DNA of 13,215 nt, from positions 1 to 13,215 of the forward strand of contig NW_003314559.1 in the NCBI RefSeq assembly GCF_000143415.4, read 5' to 3'. The translations under genes and the position numbers were made by a program. Shown here one piece after another: positions 1 through 7,963 of the stretch. Each line of letters opens with the position of its first letter. Within the stretch, counting starts at the first letter, position 1. Under the pieces are notes generated by a model, which worked only from the letters and a program-made list of their open reading frames with translations, did no database searches and had not been told where the DNA came from. Origin of the DNA: Selaginella moellendorffii (Eukaryota > Plantae > Lycopodiophyta).

Positions 1-10
1 GAGGATCCCC
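1..10. other. Cloning vector remnant (pUC18/19 polylinker flanking the SmaI site)
   Basis: GAGGATCCCC matches the pUC MCS ...TCTAGAGGATCCCC^GGG up to the SmaI cut. The beta-tubulin frame follows the conserved NNWAKG-H motif exactly to base 11, then breaks. Confidence 0.8.
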
Positions 11-323
11 GGCCTTTGGCCCAGTTGTTCCCGGCTCCCGTCTGGCCGAAGACGAAGTTATCAGGCCGGAATATCTGTCCATACGGCCCCGACCGAACGC
101 TGTCCATTGTCCCAGGCTCCAAGTCCATGAGAATCGCTCGAGGCACGTAACGTCCGGCACTGGCTTCGTTGAAGTAGACGTTCACTCGCTCCAGTTGGAG
201 GTCGGACTCTCCGTGATAAAATCCCGTGGGCTCGATCCCATGCTCGTCACATATCACTTCCCAGAACTTGGCGCCAATCTGGTTACCACACTGGCCTCCC
301 TGTACGTGGACAATCTCTCTCAT
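11..323 (-). CDS. TUB: Beta-tubulin, 5' part (codons 1-104; runs off the sequence end)
   Basis: ATG at 323; [104 protein letters not shown] with no stops or frameshifts. Absent from the ORF track because its stop is outside the window. Confidence 0.97.
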
Positions 324-378
324 TTCTTCTGTTTGCTTCGATCCAGCTGAAGGACCTGACGACACTGCGGTAGTTCAG

Positions 379-458
379 CTGTTGGTCTATACCGTTAATG
401 TCGTTGTCACCAGAGAAAAACTACCCCGAGTAACAGTTTTCTCTTATTGCCTTAACTG
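379..458. promoter_or_regulatory. Cluster of four MYB-core (YAACNG) motifs upstream of the intact beta-tubulin
   Basis: CTGTTG 379-384, CCGTTA 392-397, TAACAG 431-436 and TAACTG 453-458, all within ~135 bp of the ATG. Function is inferred only. Confidence 0.3.
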
Positions 459-511
459 TTTTATTTGCGTATAACCAACCTGTATGTAACCATGTGAGAA
501 AGTGAGGTGAT

Positions 512-2716
512 TTAAATCGAGCGAACCTTTAAAACGATAAGCTGAGAGTAGGCTCCTCGCCTGGCTACGAGCTCCGAGTGCCTTCCCTGCTCCACAATCT
601 CACCGTCATGCAGCACGGCAATCTGGTCGGCACTGCAAATCGTAGATAGCCTGTGTGCCACAACCACTGTCGTTCTCTCCTCCATCAGCCCCTCAAGAGC
701 TTCCTGGACAATTCCCTCGAACTCGGCGTCTAGAGCACTCGTGGCTTCGGCCATAAGACGTTGGTGCGATCCGGTTTCCACAAACCTTCCATTTTGAAGC
801 ACAGCAATGGAATCTGTGCCTTTGACAGTACACAACCTGTGTGCTATAATAACTGTCGTTCTTGCCACCATGATTTTGTGAGTGCGTTTTGTACCACATT
901 CTCGGACTCAGCATCTAAAGCACTGGTTGCCTCATCCAACAACAGTATCGCTGGATTTCTGACCAATGCTCTAGCTATGGCTATCCTCTGCTTTTGGCCT
1001 CCAGAAAGTTGTACGCCTCTTGAACCAACCTGCAATGTACTTGAGCAGTTCAGACACTGAAAAAATAGTGTCTAGGCACCTGTGTTTCGTAGTCTTGAGG
1101 AAGCTGATTTATAAAATCGTGCGCATTTGAAGTCCTGGCAGCCAGCTTTATCTCCTCCATGTTCGCATCATCTTTGCCGTAAAGTACGTTTTGCGCGATG
1201 GTGGTAGCGAACAAAGCTGGTTCTTGGTTAACGAGACCAATCTGTGACAGGAGCCATTTTAATTGTAGAGATTTGGTGTTGTAACCATCCAAGAGAATTT
1301 CTCCTGTAGAAGTATAAAACTCAGAAAAGAAATATAAGCAAAGAAGCAATTCACCTGAAGTTGGGTCGTAAAACCTTTCAATGAGAGATATAATCGTGCT
1401 CTTCCCAGAACCACTGGGGCCAACAATGGCTATCGATTTCCAGGCGGTATCCTGAGGCTCAGGTCGTGAAGAACACGAGCATCTGGCCTGGAGGAATAGT
1501 TGGAAGTAACTTTATACAGCTCAAGCACTCCATGGACGTGTTGAAGACGAAATTCCGTTGACTCTTCACTGTTACTGATCGTCGTCTAAAGTTTCGCACT
1601 ATGAGAAAAACGTTTAGCATCAGAACTCAAAACATAATCGATAACAGTAACTTACAAGGCGCCTAAGAGCACGCAAAATCTTGTAGATAGAGCATTTGTC
1701 GTGCCGTTTCTTACGAGAATGCCACCGTACCACATCAGTAAGGCCTAGGAACAGAGGGGCAACGCGTACATTGCTCCCATTCCAATCCCTTTGGCACGTC
1801 CTGCCCGATCCCAGACGTAGCGTGGAACCGAGAGCAATGGTGTACAGACCGATCGTTGTTTGCTCGCCAAGGAACGAACAGACTCTCCGAATTTGAGAAA
1901 TTGCCTGCAAGTCAATTCAATGTAGGTACTTTCGATTAAAAAGATTTGGTCTGGAAGTCTACGTACTGATGTTCCTTCTGGCTCCTGGATGAAACGCCAG
2001 TGATGACATGAGCATAGAGACCTCCAGCCAGAATGACCACCGGTACGGTTGCCAGCCTCAAAAGTCCGAGCTGCCACACAGTTGCAAATCCCATCCAAAA
2101 AACGTGGAATTGTGATGAATGAGGACTCCCATCTGTGAAAGCAAAAGAGAGAGAACTCACTTTCTCGCTTATGGCCTGCTGAATGACCAAAGTGTTGGAG
2201 GAAATGCTGCTAACGAGCTCTCCAGTTCTCGCATCGGCACCATCGAAGAACGAGATATCGTGCCGCCGATCCTGATCTTCCTGCATTGCTGCTCTCCGGT
2301 CTGGATCCAGCACGCAACATCCAGAGCCAAGAATCCCTTCAAATGTCTCAAGAACAAAATCCCTCTACCTATCCAAGACCTGCCAAAGAGGACACAGGAA
2401 ATCCAATGCCACCTGATCGATCGCGAGCAGCACAGCACGATCATGAAATCCGGCTCGAAATATCACGCTGTGATACATGTGCCGAAGATCCTTGTCCGAT
2501 CCAAGAACATGAGCCAATCGTCCAAAGGAGAAGAAGAAAATCGGCAGCGCCAGGCCGTGCGCGATGGCGCCGCCATGAGCAAGTGGTTGCATCGATCGGC
2601 ACAGAAGAAGAGCTTGTGGAGCGGCGCCAAGGATGAGCCCATCGCCATTGAGCCCTAAAGATTTGGAGCCACTGGCATTTCCAGTTACACTTGTCATTTA
2701 CATTCCTGCTACTCAT
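512..2716 (-). pseudogene. ABCB (MDR/P-glycoprotein) transporter pseudogene, paralog of 7964-12402
   Basis: Colinear with the intact gene from ATG 2716. TGG->TAG at 1745-1747; frameshifts near 880 and 1437; more than 10 small deletions, two removing splice donors (~1970, ~2465); a ~1.95 kb deletion at 747-749 removes TMD2 and most of NBD2. Confidence 0.95.
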
Positions 2717-3092
2717 TGCTATCTAGATGTATGGAACGATTAAAAAAGAAAGAGCGTTCTAGCTCAAGAAAAAGAAGAACGATCGAACAACTCTCTTCCA
2801 GAAGAATTCTCTAAAGCTTTTGGCGAATGGGTTTTATTAACTTTGTAATTTCTTAATTTTTGAAAAAATATAAATATTTCTTAATATATTAATTTAATCA
2901 ATTACTTTGTGAATCTATTAAGAATTCTAAAATTTTGTGAAAAGGGAAATTGATATGAAGTCAAATAAATACTCATCATACATTTGTGAATATGGTTATT
3001 TAGAATAGAGTATAATAATAGATTTTGAACTTTCATCAAATTTTGTTTTAGCATATAATCATTAAAGAAAAATATGGTTTATCTTTATGTAA

Positions 3093-3400
3093 TTGCATCT
3101 TTTTAAATAACTAAATCATGGTTTAACTCTACTATTTTTTTGCTTAAGCAAAGCTGTAAATATATCTAAAATATACTTGGATATTCTAGGATATAGTACC
3201 ATTTAATGATTGTTATTCATTCAGATTAATCTTGTATTTATAATTTATAAACTTTCTTAAGCACTTTCTAGTATATTCTTTTTTATTCTACCATCTAATG
3301 GTTGATATGCAATAAAATCAATATTGTGTTTAAAAATTATAAACATGTTTATACTTATAAAATTTTATTTGATCAATTGGATTAATAAGTAGGAATAACA
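3093..3400 (+). repeat. AT-rich dispersed repeat, copy 1 (carries the empty LTR insertion site at 3230-3233)
   Basis: Aligns with 3478-3562 joined to 5843-6008 (direct) and with 6667-6857 (inverted). Shared blocks include GGATAT..TA(C/T)CATTTAA, TTATTCATT, TCTTGTATTTATAATTT and TTGATCAATT...ATTAATAAGTA. Confidence 0.75.
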
Positions 3401-3562
3401 CTATTATTAAGCAAACCAAATGTTGCTACATGCAATGTGTAACAAATTATTTTATACTTTAGAATGTTAAATAGAAATTATCCCATGCAAAATTGTAAAG
3501 GTAATGGATTATTTTGGGATATTTTATCATTTAACAGTTATTATTCATTTAAATTAACTCTT

Positions 3563-3745
3563 TGTAAAGTTTGTAAATACATATATGTATATATATTTAT
3601 TACCCTAACTAGATAATACATTAATTATAATACTATAGCATATAGACCATCCATTTAGGAATAAATTTGGTCTATCCATTCTTGTATATAAGTAAAGGTT
3701 TAAACCCTAATTAAGATACTTATTCTTTTATCCCAAACACTCATA
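3563..3745 (+). repeat. 5' LTR (183 bp)
   Basis: Starts TGT and ends TA (CA in the 3' LTR). TATATAA at ~3685 and AAACCCTAA at 3702-3710. Roughly 80% identical to 5661-5842 by eye. Confidence 0.85.
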
Positions 3746-4975
3746 TTGGTGAAGGTGAAAGGCATTGTAATTTATCCCTGAAGGGCAAAGTTTTTTAGTA
3801 GTGCTTTGCTTTAGTGTTTAGGATCATGCTTATTTATTTTTATTTCTTCATTTTTTTTTAGATTTAATTATGTATTAGATTTTTGCAAGATTTAGAATTT
3901 TAGTTATTGTTGTGCTTAGATTATTTTTTTTCTTTTAATCTTCATTGCATTCTCTTCTTCCACCATGTTATGCCATCATCAATCAAAGAGTATGTCATTT
4001 AAGGTTGTTACTCTGTTAGATCAAACTTTTGGTGCTATAGAGTGTGATCATGTTAGTATTGTGCCCATCCTTAGTGTGTTGCCATCTTCAGTTTCCATGG
4101 GATATAATTACACAGTTTGTTTTGTTCTTGGTGTTCTGCCATTTTCTATTAATATGGAGTGTCATCGTGATATTGATTAGCAAGTTATAAATGATGCAGT
4201 TTAATTCTTGGAGAATGTTCGACGATCAAGTTTATAGGACGCCAATGTGCACAAGATCAAATGAATTCCAAAGTGTGATGATGAGCTTGATGGAGATAGT
4301 TTTGAAGATGAAGTGGAGATTTTGTGAGGTAGGTGTCAATTTTTTAATCTACCATCTGATCTTTTCTATTTCCCTTTTGCTCTTTCCTAACTTTTTTTTT
4401 TATTTTTCAGTTTCAGCCACCTTTTTATGTTCTTAGTATTTCTTCCTCATTTATAATGTTTTCTTCTCTTAATACGTTAATCATTTGAAACTCTCATGAT
4501 TTTCATTCTCAATCCAATGTTGAGTTGAGTGTTTTTTATCCTCTTCATACTAATCTGAATGTTAAGTGTGTCTATAAAGTTGAGAATCTTGCTTTTTATT
4601 TCATTGGCAAAGTCTTTAATCATTCTTTTGTTCCAAGGGTTGAGTCACTTTGGTTAGAGTTTCAAGTTGTATATATGTCCCCACTTGTGAGTGCTACTAA
4701 GAGATTTTGTTTTACTATTGCTGTGAATCTTTTGTTTATATTGTGGTGGCTAAAGTATTTTTCCAAGCTTTAAGCATATGTCCTTTTGATTTCCCCATTT
4801 TTGCATTGCTAACTGTTACAAATTCTTTTTCTAATAGTTCTTTATCCACATTTTCTTCTTCTATAATTGTTTTTGCTCATTTTTCTTGTTTTCTTCTTTC
4901 TGCTCTAATACTTCAAACTTTTTTTTCTTTAGAGGAGGGGGTAGAGAGGACAGACAAGAGTCCAACCTTGACGAT

Positions 4976-5165
4976 GGAATGAGAACAAGTGAATATAGTA
5001 GTGGAGCAAGAACGAACGACATAAATTGTGGAGTGAGGACAAATATAACAATTCCGAATAGAATATTTAACCCCGATGTAGTGAGGCCGAATAGATGCGA
5101 TAATGGAGTGAGGCCAAACATAGATGGCAGAATGAGGATGAGTGCAATAAATCCAAATGGAGTCA
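4976..5165. repeat. Degenerate ~27-bp tandem repeat inside the LTR element
   Basis: GGAGTGAGGNCRAA-like motif at 4976, 5003, 5030, 5078, 5105, 5129 and partial at 5159. Spacings 27, 27, 48, 27, 24, 30, all multiples of 3. Confidence 0.7.
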
Positions 5166-5660
5166 ATGCTTCAAAAAAAAATTTCCCTTAAAAAGGGGAA
5201 AAAGAAGATGTAAAGGATGAATAGAGTGAGTTTGATCTCCCATGTGTGGTGTTGGATCAAGATGGCTCTACTTATGGTCTTAAGTGCGAGTTAATAGTAG
5301 ACTTGGAAGATTATCAATATATAGACTTAGAAATGGGATGTATTGTTTATTATAATAGCACTTTATGGATTATAGTGGCTTTTAAAGTCCTTTGTTTCAA
5401 TTTAAAATTATGGTTATGTGGTTGGTTTAAATATTTAGGAATTGTATTTGGAGTTTCAACTAATTTATCAGGATTCTGTAGTCAACTAATGCTTATGTTA
5501 TGGCTCTGGGTTTTATTTTAATCATGGTTATCAGCAATTTTATTGATGGTTTTGTGAGAACTTTAGATTCTTATAGTAATTTATAATTGCTCAATAGAAG
5601 CTCAAGATATTCCACCTAACTTATTATCACCACCTTTTTATCTTCCGAAGGGGAGGATAG

Positions 5661-5842
5661 TGTATGGTTTGTAAATACATATATTTATATATATGTATTA
5701 CTCCAGTTAAGTAATACACTAATTATAGTATTATAACATATTTACCGTCCATTTGGGATTGAATTTGGTCTATCCATTCTTGTATATAAACAGGGTCTAA
5801 ACCCCAATTAAAATACCTATTTCTATATCTCGATCACTCACA
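5661..5842 (+). repeat. 3' LTR (182 bp)
   Basis: TG...CA termini, preceded by the PPT. Shares AATTTGGTCTATCCATTCTTGTATATAA exactly with the 5' LTR. Confidence 0.87.
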
Positions 5843-6009
5843 TCTTGTATTTATAATTTTAAAAATTTCTAAATAATTTTTAGTATGTTCTAGTTTATTT
5901 TTATCTGATGGTTAATATGTGATAAGATTAATTTATATTTATAAATTATTAACATGTTTCAAATTATAAACTTCCAATTTGATCAATTATATTAATAAGT
6001 AATAAGCAC

Positions 6010-6664
6010 TCCTCCAAAGAGAGGATAAGGAGGATATGGAAAACAGATGGAATGAGTTTAACTTCCTATATGTGGTATTAGATGAGAACAAAAATTGTAG
6101 ATTCAAGTTAACATATATCTCAAAAGTTAACTAAAAGGAAGATATAAATACAAGTTTTGCTAATGGTTGTGAGTCTACATTAACAATGGTCTTGAAGGAT
6201 GGATGGATATATCATTTGCTATAATGGTGTTTTATGGATTAAAATCTTTTACTTTTATTCAAAATTATAGTTTCAAGGTTGATTTAAGCATTTAGTAATT
6301 GTATATAGAGTTATAATTGGTTCATCAAAATTTCATAGCTAACTTATGTTTATGCCATGGCTTTGGGTTTTGTTTATATCATGATTGTTAACAATTATAT
6401 AAATAGTTTTGCAAGAGTTTCAAGTTCTTGTGGCACTTTATAATCACTTTACTATAGCTCTAAATGTTCCACTTAACACTTTTCATCTTACAAAAGGAAG
6501 AATGATGTAAAATTTATAAATATATATACATATATTACCGCATCTATATAATAAATTAATCATAATATTATGGCATATGGATAATTTATTTGGGACTAAA
6601 TATTGATTGTCTATCCATTTTTGTATATAAGTATGGGTCTAAACCTAAATCAATATACTTATTC
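6010..6664 (+). mobile_element. Second, truncated and more decayed copy of the same LTR element (3' internal region + PPT + most of an LTR)
   Basis: 6010-6505 aligns to ~5185-5660. Purine tract AAAAGGAAGAA precedes TGTAA at 6506. 6506-6664 shares GTCTATCCATT.TTGTATATAAGTA and GGGTCTAAACC with the LTRs; the LTR 3' end is missing. Confidence 0.8.
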
Positions 6665-6666
6665 CA

Positions 6667-6857
6667 AAATTTTATGGTATATCAATTATTAGATAGTAAA
6701 ATATGGGAAAGTTTATAAATTATAAAATAATTTATAAAATAAATATAAAAAATCTAAATGAATAATAACCATTAAATGGTAAAATATCCTAAAATATTTA
6801 AGTATATTTTAATACTATCCACTACCATTATTATACTTTATTAACCATGGGATGCAA
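6667..6857 (-). repeat. AT-rich dispersed repeat, copy 3 (inverted)
   Basis: Reverse complement AAAATATACTTAAATATTTTAGGATATTTTACCATTTAATGGTTATTATTCATTTAGATT matches 3168 onward AAAATATACTTGGATATTCTAGGATATAGTACCATTTAATGATTGTTATTCATTCAGATT. Confidence 0.75.
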
Positions 6858-7018
6858 AGAAATTGATAATGATGCTACCCTCATAGAATTGGCGATGCAG
6901 CTTTGGGTTGGACGTAATTGTTTAGCCTTGTCTCAGCCACATAGACTACTTGCCATGCAGATGTGCTGATGAAGCCTTTGAGACTTGAGACTTGAGAAAT
7001 TCGAAGAGTTCTGAGGCA

Positions 7019-7812
7019 GAGACTTCTGACACATATGTCATAGAAGGCCTTGTTGTCCAAAACCATGCACTTCTTGGCATTCTCGACAAGCTAGTGCACA
7101 GACAGCGTTGCATTGTATGGCTCCACCACCGTGTCCGACACCTTCAGGGACGGGAACACGGACGGCATCATCCTGTCTGGGTACTCCTCTTGGAGCTTTG
7201 ATGTCTCTGGAAGGAGTGTGAAGGCACTGTTGCGATTCTAGTTTCTTAATCTACTTCTCTTCTTTGCAGTGAGCCAGTCTCTCCTTGACTCTCCGATATC
7301 AGAGTGACTTACCAGCAGGACATGAGCACACTTGGCTTAACAGCCGGTGATCAGGGCCTTCTCGCGGTCATAGTTGTCATCTAACATTCTGAGCTCGGGT
7401 GATAGACATCACGAATTTCACCACTATCATCAGTGGGACTTCATGAATGCATTTTTTCCTGAAGTTGACGAATCGATTAACATCATTGGCTTAAATATCC
7501 AGAGGAGGGACAAGATCAGGCCATCAACATACATTCTTGATGACCTCAACCGCCAGTTGAGACAGCAGCGAAGGAAGATTTCATTGCCCCTTACGAGGTC
7601 TTTGTAGATGTAAATGCGGACCGCTCTTGGTGACCCGTGAGCCTCTTCGAGGGTGTTGATGGTGTAGTTCTTCTTCCCGGTCCTGTAATATCCTGTGAAG
7701 TATTCGAATTCGATAAGCTCCCGTGGGCTCGATCCCATGCTCGTCACATATCACTTCCGGCGCCAATCTGGTTGCCACACTGGCCACCCTGTACGTGGAC
7801 AATCTCTCTCAT
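7019..7812 (-). pseudogene. TUB: Beta-tubulin pseudogene in two pieces (7712-7812, codons ~1-36; 7019-~7221, codons ~150-215)
   Basis: ATG 7812 [18 protein letters not shown], then an 8-bp deletion at 7758/7759. Second piece [60 protein letters not shown] has a stop at 7091-7093. The C-terminal half is absent. Confidence 0.93.
7222..7711 (-). other. Unidentified coding-like fragment replacing beta-tubulin codons ~37-149
   Basis: No similarity to tubulin copy A. Balanced GC, an open minus frame over 7430-7711 (EFEYFTGYYRTGKKNYTINTLEEAHGS...), and a donor-like G|GTAAGT at 7312-7307. Confidence 0.45.
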
Positions 7813-7963
7813 TTCTTTCCGCGCTCTTGGTTCTTCTTCTTCTGTTTGTCGATCCAGCTGAAGGGCCTGACGACACTGTGGTAGTTCAGCTGTTGTCTCT
7901 ACTGTTAATGTGGAGGAAAACAACAATTTATGCAACGTGAGGTGATTTAAATCGAGCGAACCT

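Larger units (their letters stand above)
11..2822 (-). repeat. Segmental duplication copy A (ABCB upstream region + ABCB + spacer + beta-tubulin)
   Basis: Homologous to 7712-12557, including non-coding DNA: GTGAGGTGATTTAAATCGAGCGAACCTTT at ~501 and ~7937, AAAGAGCGTTCTAGCTCAA at ~2749 and ~12452, CTCTAA(A)GCTTTTG at ~2809 and ~12545. Confidence 0.93.
3563..5842 (+). mobile_element. Old non-autonomous LTR retrotransposon (~2.28 kb, short LTRs, no recognisable gag/pol)
   Basis: Direct repeats 3563-3745 and 5661-5842 (TGTA...CACTCA(T/C)A). TGG-starting PBS-like site at 3747, polypurine tract GAAGGGGAGGA 5647-5657, TCTT duplicated at 3559-3562 and 5843-5846. Confidence 0.85.
3478..6008 (+). repeat. 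AT-rich dispersed repeat, copy 2 (3478-3562 + 5843-6008), split by the LTR element
   Basis: Removing 3563-5846 restores TTATTCATTTAAATTAAC-TCTT-GTATTTATAATTTT, matching copy 1 TTATTCATTCAGATTAA-TCTT-GTATTTATAATTTA. Confidence 0.75.

Noticed and set aside
11-2822. Copy A as a mis-assembled allele of copy B
   Set aside because: Up to ~15% local divergence, many indels and reciprocal lesions exceed what is expected between haplotypes.
3965-4982. Short plus-strand ORFs in the LTR interior as real genes
   Set aside because: Low-complexity F/L/S-rich translations of T-rich DNA with no recognisable domains.
4976-5165. Repeat-spacer pattern as a CRISPR-like array
   Set aside because: Units are only ~27 bp and degenerate, the context is eukaryotic, and there are no cas genes.
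5246-5521. FKYLGI motif resembling a reverse transcriptase segment
   Set aside because: No YxDD or other RT motifs nearby, and the frame does not appear preserved in the second copy.
6976-6997. TTGAGAC x3 microrepeat (also the T/GT run at 12817-12840)
   Set aside because: Ordinary slippage repeats.
7360-7660. LEEAHGS...YKDL (integrase zinc-finger-like) and DDNYD (terpene synthase DDxxD-like) motifs in the insert
   Set aside because: Short isolated matches; the second His, the CxxC and other supporting motifs are missing.
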